DNA of 18,852 bases from assembly GCF_006345805.1 (NCBI RefSeq), contig NW_021824429.1, forward strand, positions 1 through 18,852. The letters are read 5' to 3'. The position numbers and the translations under genes are program-made. This DNA is from Octopus sinensis (taxonomy: Eukaryota). This document shows positions 1 to 10,269 of this stretch, in pieces (position 1 is the stretch's first letter; the number at the start of each line of letters is the position of its first letter). The notes beneath the pieces are model-generated. The model was not told the DNA's origin. It did no database searches and was given only the letters and a program-made list of their open reading frames with translations.

Positions 1-161
1 TTCACGAGTTGGATTTAATTTGTCTGGTTTTATTGCAAAAGAAACAACTTTCCAGCTAAAATCAATTCTCGTCAACTTTCCCTGGCAGTAGGCCGATGAG
101 TCCTTTTGGCATGATACAGTTGAAAAAGAGGATCTTCTATATTCCTGGATCAATCATTTAG

Positions 162-404
162 GATGGCGTTATCTGGTCCACTAAGTCAGTTGGATCTCGA
201 AACGCCCAGGAGGAACCTAATACCCACACCAAAAGAACCATTAGAACCTCTACCAATGGGACATCCTCGTACCAGGACGATGCACTTTCCATAGAACCTA
301 ACCATCCCAGACAAAATTCCCCAGTTCATACAAATGCTGCAAACCGATTAGCCGCCAGATACGGTTTTGTGTGGACTCGTAGGAAGATCACCAAACAAGG
401 ATGA
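162..404 (+). other. Unassigned coding-like fragment (80 codons, no in-frame ATG)
   Basis: Stop-free frame DGVIWSTKS...AANRLAARYGFVWTRRKITKQG* in a visibly GC-richer stretch. No family confidently recognised, and the strand is uncertain. Confidence 0.2.
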
Positions 405-1875
405 GGTCGCTTTCAAAGTTCAACATAATCACGGATTAATTAGTTTCGTTTTAACGTATCTTAAGACATAATAAATAGAATACAAAATTCCTTTCACCCA
501 TTTAATTAGCAAAAAGAGTTGGATTGTATTTATTAGAAGATTTACAGAGAAGATGGGAGAAAGATTTGTGGAGTCTCCCCTTTTTAAATATAAAAGTGCG
601 ATCTACATTATTATTTTATGAAATATAAAATAATATGTCACAGGCTGGATAATGCCCTGGGTTGGATAATACCCCCTTAAAATTTTGTTTAAAATCAAAC
701 GAAAATAACCTGATAATTAATTAAAAATAACTTGATAATGGAATTAATTCAATTTATTCAATTTTTTATCCATTTTTTGATTGAAAGAATTTTTCAAAGA
801 GTCGGCAAAAACCGGCATCACCAATTTTTCCAAATCAATAACGTATTTTATTATAATTATACAATTTTTTATTATTATTATAAAGCACTTTCGGAAAAGT
901 CATAAGTTAATTAAGCTTTCCTTGTGCCACCATTGAAATTCTCCCGGTCATGCGTCTCCAGGCTCTCCGGTCAGTTGCGATCGTCCTGAGTGAGTCGAGA
1001 TCATCGCCATTTTTCAGTTTTTTATTAATTCCAGCTAGATCTTCATTTAGCGTGGTAGCCAGAGTGACCCTGGGTCTTCCACGGAAGTCTCCTTTGGAAT
1101 GGGCAAAGTAGTTTTCCATCGCGATATTCGGCGGAGTGAGGCTGTCAAGTCTTAATATGTGTCCAAAGAGTCGCCATCTGGACTCCAGGATGTCCATAGA
1201 GATCGGTCTCGAATTGCATCTTTTGTATAGGGTGGAATTTGCTATTTTCCTTGAGAATTGCATGTTATCACTCTTCTCAGTTGGTTCCGATGAAATCGGT
1301 CCAAATTGTTCATATCGGTCTTACTGATTCCCCACGTCGATCCATTGTACATTAGGACTGGGACAACAAATGTGTTGTATATTTTAAGTTTTGTCTTTGA
1401 ATTTAGCTTCTTTAGGCGCCAGATGTTCATAAACTTATTGTATGTGGCAATTGATAGTATTTTTCTGTGCATAATGTCTTCAGAGTCCCCTAAGAGAGAT
1501 CCGACTTTTTTTTGTCTTCTCCAGGGCTCATCATGAGTTCGTTCAGATCGAATAAATTTCGTATGTTCAGTTTTGTTGTGGTTGATTGTTAGAAACCATT
1601 TGGAAAAAATATCTGGTAATGTTTCGATAATACAGTCCGACCCCAAAATGGGGCAGACCCCAGGGGTGGGGCACCCTCGGATTTTGGGGCACCCCCGCAA
1701 TTTGGGGCACTTTATTCCAAAAGTACATTTTGGCAGAAAAAAAATAAAAATCGATAAAAAATTATGGAATTTTTGGGGCACCATAAAATCATTTATAAGG
1801 AATTAAAAATAAAATAAAATTTAATAAATTAATTATTTTTGTTTTATTTTCAATTATATTTTTATTGTTGTGGTT

Positions 1876-3821
1876 ATGGATTACGAAACTAAATTGAAGA
1901 TTGCTAAAGAAATTTTGAAGAAAAATTTATCTGAGAGGCAACTAATGAAAAAGTACAACACAAGTAAAGGAACAATATCAAGAATAAAACGAAATATTGT
2001 ACCTTTCTTGCAACACGGCAATACTATTTCTGAGGAATATGACACATTTAAAGCCGATAAAGATAAATTTGATGATCAAGTCTTTGAAATATTTCAAAGA
2101 CTACGCGTAGATAAAATTCCGATTTCAGGCCCTATTTTGAAAAAAATTGCCTTAGTTACAGCTTCAAAAATTGGATTTACTTCTTTTAAAGCTTCCAATG
2201 GGTGGCTTGATAGATTTAAATTGCGGCATGAACTTCAATTCAAGTCAATATGTGGTGAAAAAGCTTCATGTGATTTATTATGTGAAAATTATTTTGAAAA
2301 ATATGACCAGAAAGTATTAAAATATGGACCTGAGAATATATTTAATTGTGATGAAACTGCGCTTTTTATAAAAAGAACTCCTCAAAAATCATTTGTTGAA
2401 CAAGGCGAACCGTGTTTGGTTATAAAACAAGGAAAGAAAGACTCACTGTTCTTCTATGCTGCAGTTTAATCGGGAAAAAACTGGTACTTATGTCGAAGTG
2501 GTCGCAGTTTTTTTAGGCCTTTTAAAAAATCTAATAATTTTTGAGGTGGAATATATTATATTTTATTTAAGTCGCTCTATCAATAATTTAAAATATTATT
2601 AATTTTTTACTAATTTATTTTCTAATTTTTTTAATATTATGGCGAGCATGTACCTAATATTGATATAAACTGGCACTATAGGTCACATGGAAAATTCTGT
2701 TGTGGACTTATGCAACATCAAATTCCGACAGCTCCCAATAAGTAAGGAGGATGCTGTGCATTTTCTGCAAAATGTGGATATCCTTTCAAAATCACGTATA
2801 TGTCCGAAGGGACATCAAATGCAAGAATAAAGCTCAAAGAGGAGCTGTAAGACATCATCTGGGATCTTATTTCGCAGGTTTTTTTAGTTAGTTATTTTTT
2901 CAGAATTTATGTGGCGAAAACAAATACAGAACTATAAGGAATGTTTTGCACAGATTGTAAAAGACATAAATTCCTTCTACAGTCCTGGAATTTGGATGCC
3001 GCGTACTAAAAATGACTAAATTGGTTAAATAAATTTTTAAATAATTTTAATAACCATTTAAATTATTGATAGAGGGTTATAAATTAAATAATCTATTTTT
3101 CACTAAAAAAATTAATTAATTTTAATTATCTTCTAAAAAAACTGCGACCACTTCGACAAAAGTACCAAAAACTTAATCCATTGATTATTGGAAAATATAA
3201 AAAACCTCGTGTCTAAAAAATTTTGATGTTCAAGATTTTGGGTTATTGTATTCATCTTCTCAAAATGCATGGATGACTGGAAAGACTTTTATGAGTTGGC
3301 TTACACTTATAAATGAATCGTTTTGCAAAAACAACAGAAAAATATTATTAATACTTGACAATGCGGGATGCCATAAAACTGCCGAATGTTCGAACATCGA
3401 ATTTTTATTTTTGCCGAAAAATACAACGCCCTATTTACAACCTTTGGATATGGGAATAATCAAGATTTTTAAAGATTATTATTCCTCTTTCTTAATGGAA
3501 TTTTTATGTTTTCAAGATTTCGAAAACGATTTTACACATTCTATTGGTAAATTAAATTTGCGTCAGGTTATGATGCTAATTTCAAAAGGATGGGAGAAAA
3601 TAGATGCTAAAAGTATTGTTAATTGTTGGAAGAAAATCGACAGGAACCGTGATTCTTATGCAACAAAAAACTGTCTAACAGATGAACATTTAGATCAAGT
3701 TGTTAACGAAACAATTGATGGAGAATGCGAAGACATGAACAATAATGTTTATGATACATATTCAGAAACCGAAAATAGTGAAAATGTCGTAGCAAAAACA
3801 AAAGATCTGCTTAACAATTAG
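1876..3821 (+). pseudogene. Tigger transposase (HTH_psq + CENP-B HTH + DDE_1), interrupted by Merlin
   Basis: FKASNGWLDRFKLRH, IFNCDETALF, LLILDNAGCH and LQPLDMGII motifs. Removing 2483-3173 restores CCSLIGKKLNPLIIGKYKKPR. Two 1-nt frameshifts (~2434, ~3210). Confidence 0.9.
2483..3166 (+). mobile_element. Merlin (IS1016-like) deletion derivative
   Basis: TIR GGTACTT(A/T)TGTCGAAGTGGTCGCAGTTTTTTTAG. TSD AAAAACT is 7 bp perfect, or 8 bp allowing one A-run indel. N-terminal AVHFLQ..ICPKGHQM is fused to C-terminal HHLGSYFA|EFMWR with a 26-nt intron (2878-2903). Confidence 0.85.
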
Positions 3822-4266
3822 AAGAAAAAATTTCTAATGTTGCACCAAGTATGCTCCGAGATTTTTTTGATTTTCGGCTGAAATTGACGAACAATATCAG
3901 ACAAAACTCTACAAATAAAAAGAAAATAACTGAATATTTTAGTAAAAATGTTTTTTGATGTTTATTAATGGTTTAATTTTTAAAAAAATAACAAACCCCT
4001 GTTTTTGGGGCACCCCCGCATTTTGGGGCACTTGGTGCCCCATTTGGGGGTCGGACTGTAAATCGAAGGGTTTCAGCATCATCAGATACGAAGTCGACAT
4101 CATCAGCATATATTATTTCGTTGTATTTAGTGTTGTCCACAAGAGGCCGAAAGTCTCTGAGGCCGAATTTAATTTAATTATTCAATTACAATTTTTTAGG
4201 TCTACCATTTAAAAACAAATATTAAAAATTCATGAATTTTTATTATATAAAAATTTTTTATAAGAG

Positions 4267-6132
4267 TCATATTTTTTTTATACGACTTTTGTGTACATAT
4301 TTGGATGATTCGTCATTAAGATCTTTAAGTACGCATTTGTCTTTATCAACCTCCGATATTTCATATATAGTGGAATCAATCTGATCGTATAGGGCAGAGG
4401 TTTCCAAATGGGGAGGCGCGCCTCCCTAGGGAGGCGTTGACTCGTGTCAAGGGAGGCGCGAAAAGTATTTCAGAAACATTTTTTAGAAAATTATATCTAT
4501 GTAAAAAACGTGACTATATTCCGATAATAAGAGTTATTAATTTAAAAATTATATTTTTTCAAAAATTTATTTAATTTATTAGACAATTAAATAATTTTAA
4601 CACATGGATAAATTCTTGAGTGGTTGCAAAAGAAAATTCACGAATAATAAAGATTTTGACGATGGTTCAAAAAATCAAAATGATTGGAATATAATCAATA
4701 CCACTCCAAAGACAAGAAAATACTTTCCATCTTACTTATTGTTAGGATTCACACAAAATAAAAGCATTTATGAAAAAATTGGTATTATGGAAATCAAATA
4801 TACAAAAAAATATCTATGACATGTTTCCACTTTTAAACACCTTTTGCGCCATAGTGAACATTGAAGCAAACAAAGACATATTTGCTGAACATTTGGATTG
4901 TTTGTTGAAGCATTTTGCTCACTATTTTAAAGATCTCGACTGTAAAATGTTCGAATGGATACAGAATCCATTTATTGATGAAGAAGATAATCAATTTGCA
5001 TTGACAACTTTTGAAAAGAAAAATTGATAGAATTGTCATGCGATACATTATTGAAACAAAAATTGAGAGAGAACCGCTAATTTCTTTTTGGTTGAATGTA
5101 AGAACGGAATATGAAATTTTGTCGAATAAAGCAATGAAAGTTTTGTTGCCATTTGCTACTTCATATTTATGCGAAACTGGATTTTCTGCACTAGCTGCAA
5201 TTAAATCTAAATATCGAACTCGTTTAGTAGTGACTAATGAGCTAAGAGTAGCACTCTCTGCGATGACACCAAGATTTGAAAAACTTTGCGCCAAGATGGA
5301 AAAAAAATTATCTCATTAACTTTTTGTTTTAAAAAATTTTTTTGATAAAAATAATAATTATGTATTATATTATGGAATATAAAGGGAGGCGCAAGATTGT
5401 ACTTTTTTTCTCTAAGGGAGGCGCGTAAAAAAAAGCTTGGAAACCTCTGGTATAGGGGGTATTTTCGGTTATTTGGATTCGCATCAATATCATGTCTCAG
5501 TAGGACATTATCTCCTACGGCTACATCTTCATCAAATTTCCATTTCCGCCTCCTTTTCATTTTTTCTCCAGAATTTCTTGATAGAAGTCTTTATAGCTTC
5601 CAAAAGACCCATTTGAGGCACTAGTTGAGCTAATCCACCTTTTGATCGATTGATTGAATCTAAAGATAAATTTACAAATAACTTGTCTTTCTACTTGACC
5701 CTGAATCCATGGTGCTTTAGGGCGTCCACTTATGTGTATGATTTTCAGATCATTACACATTGTTTCCATACATTTGTTCTTAAATTCTTTCCCATTATCC
5801 GTCTGTAGAATAAATAAGGGACCATTTCCTTTCTCAATATCGAAACCAACTTATCTCTTCCAAATGTGTCCTCATATGTTCAATCTATAATAATTATGTA
5901 ACGATCACCTCGATAGTTTTTAGTTTAAGTTCCTTTTCTTCTTTTGGAAAAAAGCGTAACCTTTGGTTTTTGTATTTTATGTATATTATCCCTTCCTCCT
6001 CGAAAATTAACTGTTCTGCTAATTTTCTGTATCTTTTCTTCAGATTTCTGAAATCGGTCCATATAAAAAAACATCTATTTGAATATTTTTGATTACTTAA
6101 AGTTCATCTTTGGTAAGCTTGAGTAAAACCAT
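4267..6132 (-). pseudogene. Ginger A integrase/transposase remnant
   Basis: ATG at 6132. EH..HFGRD Zn-binding half, then an internal deletion, then ILQTDNGKEF..GRPKAPWIQGQVER|FNQSIKRW. C-terminal VGDNVLLRHDID..RKYPLY|DQIDST.. is rejoined across the hAT insertion. Micro-introns at 5885-5908 and 5660-5686 (the latter with a mutated donor). Confidence 0.85.
4395..5449 (+). mobile_element. hAT (Buster/Charlie-type) deletion derivative
   Basis: TIR CAGAGGTTTCCAA. Perfect 8-bp TSD GTATAGGG (4387-4394, 5450-5457). Subterminal GGGAGGCGC repeats. C-terminal dimerisation motif LLPFATSYLCETGFSAL..KSKYRTRL in ORF 5011-5319. Confidence 0.93.
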
Positions 6133-6502
6133 TTCTGAAATATAGATTTGATCGATTATACTTATTATTTTTTCAAATTGGAAAACTTAGATAACCAAAA
6201 CAAATTTTCACGCTAGATTAATTTGAAAAAAACTTTGATAAATTACTAAAATAATTAAGAAAATCAAAAAATCTAATCAAAATTAATTTGAAAAAATATT
6301 TATTTTTTTTAAATAACGTTGAGGGGGCATTATCCAACCCAGGGCATTATCCAGCCGGTGACATAATTTTCTGACATAAAAGAAATTGATAAAATTCTCT
6401 GAAGTTTAGGGATTGAGTAACCTACTTTCCCAATCGATGTCGAGTTTAATTTGTAAATCTCAATTTTTTATTTAATAAATGTGATGGGATTTTTTTAATT
6501 AT

Positions 6503-8173
6503 TGTCGTAAGTTATAATGTCTAGGCCCGTTCTAAGTGTCCGGAGTGATAAATCGGATTTATCACTCCAAATCATCTAAATTCTTTGTTTAAGATCTGAA
6601 ATTCTTAATGATTACTTTTGTTAATTCAATAATTTTTTAAATTATTAAAATTTGAAAAAAGTAACTCAGTTAACAAGAACGCGGAAATTAAACAAAGAAA
6701 TTTTCATCAATCAGGTGATTGAGCGTCATAGTAACGAACATAAAATGTAAGATTACTCTATGCGAATTTTTTTTCACAATAACCTCAATTAATTCAATTC
6801 AAATCCTTTAGTTTTATAACTATTTGTTGATTGCTAAAAAGACTATAAAATAGAGATATTGACTAAATCGAAAACCGAAACTAAACATAAAATAGATAAT
6901 AAAATTTACAAACATTGTCCCAAACAGTCTCGTAATATAAATTCAGTTTTCAACAGAGTCTGTATTTAACCGCTACATATGATTCTGTGCAAACTCTTCC
7001 GGTCCTTATTTATGTGACGAAAAGGGTTTAGACGAGATGACCTTCTTCCAGTATAGAAGCAACGTCTCCTATGTCGAATAAAACAAAGCAAAAGTTCACT
7101 TATATTATGAAACAATTTTTAAAAAACATTACAAATTGATTGAATATAAAATGAAAATGTAATTTTTAAAGTTAATTTTTTTTAATTTAATCATTGACTT
7201 TGGAATTGTCTTCCTTTCACCAGATGTGCAATTCTCAACGAGAACGGAATGCAGAGAAACTTCTTCCACTACTAGAAATTGTTCCTTGCTAAAAAAACTA
7301 GTGAGTGGATATTTTCTTGTTTTTATATTTTTATCGAAATCAATTTTAATTGTAACATTATCTCCAATTGTGATATCTTTTTTTCGAAAATTTTTATTTG
7401 CGTCTTCTGTAACTTTTCTTTTATACTTTTAATTATGAGTTTTTACTTCTAAGGATAATTCCGTTTCTTCCGATTCTGAGTTAATCTCTTCTTCTTCGCC
7501 TCCACATGGCAAAATATTAAAACCCGTTATTCCGTAAAATAGACTGGGTAAATAAAAAGAGACTAACCAAAATAATGACTTTCCAGTTCCGCGATGACAA
7601 GTTATGTTGTATTTATACACCACCTTCTGTAGAATTTCTCTCCACCTTATATATTCTGTTGCGAACAAAGTCTTCCCCCACCAACGTTTGAGAGTTTGGT
7701 TATATCTTTCTATTTGTCCTTGAGATTGTGGGTGCCTTGGTCTTCCATATATCGGAGTTATTTTCCAATCATCAAAAAGTTTTGAAACTTCTTTGTTGCG
7801 GAATTCCTTTCCATTGTCCGAATGAAAATAAATTGGGAACCGACAGTCTGGAATAAACTCTCAATTGCATTATAGATGCTTTGTGATGTTTTATTCTCTA
7901 ACGCGAACTTTAAAATATAGACATTTTATCCCCAATTCGACCCATTTCCTATCTAATTCAACAAAAATAAAATTTCAATTTTTTTGCCTACCAGAAAAAC
8001 ATGCGGGTACATTTTACCAATAATTTCATCCGTATCCCCGTATAGGACGTTATTTAACCAAAATTAGGCGACACAAATAAAATTTATTCCCAAAATCATA
8101 ATGATTTGGAGTGATAAATCCGATTTATCACTCCGGACACTTAGAACTGGCCCGGACGCTATAACTTACGACA
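6503..8173 (-). mobile_element. Ginger/TDD-type DNA transposon B (internally deleted)
   Basis: 73-bp TIRs (6503-6575, 8101-8173; 5 mismatches) starting TGTCGTAAG. Perfect 5-bp TSD ATTAT. Integrase core FHSDNGKEFRN..GRPRHPQSQGQIERYNQTLK and C-terminal IGDNVTIKID..RKYPL. 24-nt intron at 7544-7567. Confidence 0.92.
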
Positions 8174-8190
8174 ATTATTAACTTATTAAA

Positions 8191-8779
8191 TGCACCCCAC
8201 ACCCCTGCAAATGTGGAAAGAGGATTGGTCCATTGGGAAGGCACCCACTTTCTTGCACTCGTAGCGCCGGTCGTTTTCCCCGACATTCCGCCGCCAATGA
8301 CATCATCAAAAGGGCCATGGACGCTGCCGGATTCCACTCTCAACTCGAACCAGCTGGTCTCGATAGAGGGGATGGCAAACGCCCAGACGGCGTAACCATC
8401 TACCCGTACACGAGAGGGAAAGCACTTGTTTGGGATTTTACCTGCCCTGACACGTTTGGACCTTCTTCATTCGGAAGTTCGGCATCCTTTCCTGGCTCTG
8501 CTGCAAAACGTTCTGAAGAGTTGAAGAAAAAGAAATACTCTTTCCTGGCAGACAGATATCTTTTCCAGCCAATCGCTGTGGAGACTTCTGGAGTCTTTGG
8601 AGCAGAGAGTTTTTCGTTCATTCGAAGATTGGGTGGTCTAATCACCAAAAAAACAGGTGATCCGCGGGAGACGTCGTGGCTCTTTCAGAGGATTTCGTGT
8701 GCAATTGTCCGCGGAAATTCACACGCTATCCTAGGGTCATACTAATTAATTCAATCGATTTTTTTACTAAAAAAAAAAA
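8191..8779 (+). mobile_element. 5'-truncated CRE-clade non-LTR retrotransposon (RLE domain + poly-A)
   Basis: CKCG..H..SC....RH zinc knuckle and restriction-like endonuclease motif DGKRPDG..WDFTCPDT..PIAVETSG. Stop at 8745, A11 tail at 8769-8779. TSD CTTATTAAA at 8182-8190 and 8780-8788 (up to 11 bp if tail A's are counted). Confidence 0.88.
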
Positions 8780-8924
8780 CTTATTAAAGAATTTTATTTT
8801 TAAAATGAAATTTAGAACTTAAACAGTTTAATAAATTAATCTAAAAATTACTTTCTGAAAAATATCAAAACCTTCTCATTTGGAGTGGTACAATTGGTTC
8901 TTCTGCATTTCCAATAAAATTATA

Positions 8925-9657
8925 TGTCACAGTCGGTTAATGAAACACGCCGTTAATGAACCGCCAACATCAAATTGATAAAATCCAATAAAATTATGTC
9001 GATAAAACCAACATACCGTATAAATTTGCGCTAACGTAAGCTTGTTCGACAATTTATTAAATTTAGGGCTATCCATTAATTTTAATATTGCAAATTTATT
9101 ATTTTTTTGAAATTTATTATAAATTTAATTTAATTATTCAATTTTAAATAATCTCGAATGATAAAGCGTTCCATTTTGTCATTCTCAATATTCACTGCAT
9201 TTTCCATTCCCATAATAGATAGAAAGGGACTTTCTTCGTCGTCGAGTGCACTATATTGTTGTAGTCGAAAACAATATCGTTAATGCATGCAAAGTATCTT
9301 CCAAAAAATCCATTTGAGGCGCTAGTAGATGAGATCCATCGCTTTATACTTTGGTTAAATCTAATTAAGAAAATAATTAAAATACAACCTCTCCACTTGA
9401 CCTTGTATCTATAAATCAATCTTCTCAGCTTTGAAAATAAGCGGTCCCGTCCAAAGTGAATAAGATTATGTTCCGTTTAAATTATATTGAAATAAATTTT
9501 AACTTCAACAAATTTGAGCTTCAGCTCCATTTCAACCTCGCAAAAAACGCAATTTTAGACCAGTTCTATTGTAGAATACAACTCCATTTTCGAATGTAAC
9601 AGATTCAGAGAGTTTCCTGATTCTTAAATAATTTATTGAATTTGGCGAATTCGCCAT
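8925..9657 (-). mobile_element. Ginger/TDD-type element D fragment (one TIR only)
   Basis: Terminus TGTCACAGTCGGTTAATGAAACACGCCGTTAATGAACC at 8925. Transposase runs from ATG ~9657 (EHNLIHFGRDRL), through an internal deletion, to IQGQVER|FNQSIKRWISSTSASNG, nearly identical in protein to element A. Introns at 9477-9503 (acceptor mutated) and 9361-9388. No second TIR found. Confidence 0.8.
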
Positions 9658-9751
9658 TTTATGTCAATACAGTGGAAGTTGTGACTGTTGCTTGAATATA
9701 ACATATATTTTTAATAACAATTAAGCCTAATAAATATCACTAACGACCATG

Positions 9752-10039
9752 TCAAATTCTGTCATAGACAAATACTGAGTATTGGATAAACATATTTCGA
9801 TTGGAATTTGAAATGCTTATTTTAGAGCAGGTGTAAAATAAAAGAAATGAAAGAGAATTGGGATTTTGACATTCTGATGGAATACCATGACAGAAAATCG
9901 CTTCTTTTGTAATAATTGTGACCGGTTCATAATCAGATACGGTTGAATACGAGCCGTTAAAAAATCGATAATTAATATACCGATTCAAAAGGCCAATTAA
10001 TATAAAGGCAAAGACAAGACAAGTTTTATTTCCCAACAA
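9752..10039 (-). pseudogene. Membrane-protein gene fragment, possibly mucolipin (TRPML) N-terminal part
   Basis: Hydrophobic segment then FILIGLLNR..YRFFNGSYST..ITKEAIFCH, which resembles remembered MCOLN1 LILFGLSNQ..FRHLFLLGYSD..YTRE..AIFH. The resemblance is weak and the upstream exon does not join cleanly. Confidence 0.35.
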
Positions 10040-10269
10040 ACCTATAAATTAATGTTAGGGAGAAAGCCAAGAGCAGAACAAGAGGCTAATTAATGTGGGT
10101 TTGATTTCATTGTATAGGGTCATTTTATGAGACACCACATGTCTCTTCTTCGCATATACCCAAATGAAAAAATTACATCATAATTTCCATAAGTGACGTA
10201 AAAAATCTACTATCTTTCTGACTTTAACGTCATAAGCATCTTCGATTTTTGAATTTAAGTCCAATCCAA

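Larger units (their letters stand above)
1633..4058 (+). mobile_element. Tigger/pogo (Tc1-mariner superfamily) DNA transposon
   Basis: ~22-bp TIR CAGTCCGACCCC(A/C)AAATGGGGCA. TA TSD at 1631-1632 and 4059-4060. Encodes a pogo-type transposase. Confidence 0.93.
872..4186 (-). mobile_element. 5'-truncated RTE-clade non-LTR retrotransposon, split by Tigger
   Basis: YADD motif (~4100-4111). The frame is restored across the Tigger TA site (LRF|IIETLP). VPVLMYNGSTW, RWRLFGHILR and FRGRPR motifs present; (TAA)n tail at ~872-881. 12-bp TSD TACAATTTTTTA at 860-871 and 4187-4198. Confidence 0.9.
636..6363 (-). mobile_element. Ginger/TDD-type DNA transposon A (internally deleted, host to nested insertions)
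   Basis: 42-bp TIRs TGTCAC(A/C)GGCTGGATAATGCCCTGGGTTGGATAAT(A/G)CCCCCT at 636-677 and 6322-6363 (2 mismatches). TGT..ACA termini. Flanks TAATA/TAATT form a 5-bp TSD with 1 mismatch. Integrase remnants on the minus strand. Confidence 0.9.

Noticed and set aside
1242-1784. 180-aa ORF with a novel CPK(L/I)RG repeat N-terminus
   Set aside because: Artefact: the RTE frame reads through the Tigger TIR and subterminal repeats on the minus strand.
5234-5560. Independent 108-aa gene
   Set aside because: Chimeric reading of the Ginger A C-terminus into the Buster end.
9398-9420. Extra intron before IQGQVER in Ginger D
   Set aside because: It is better explained as the internal-deletion junction; element A has contiguous WIQG and no donor is evident.
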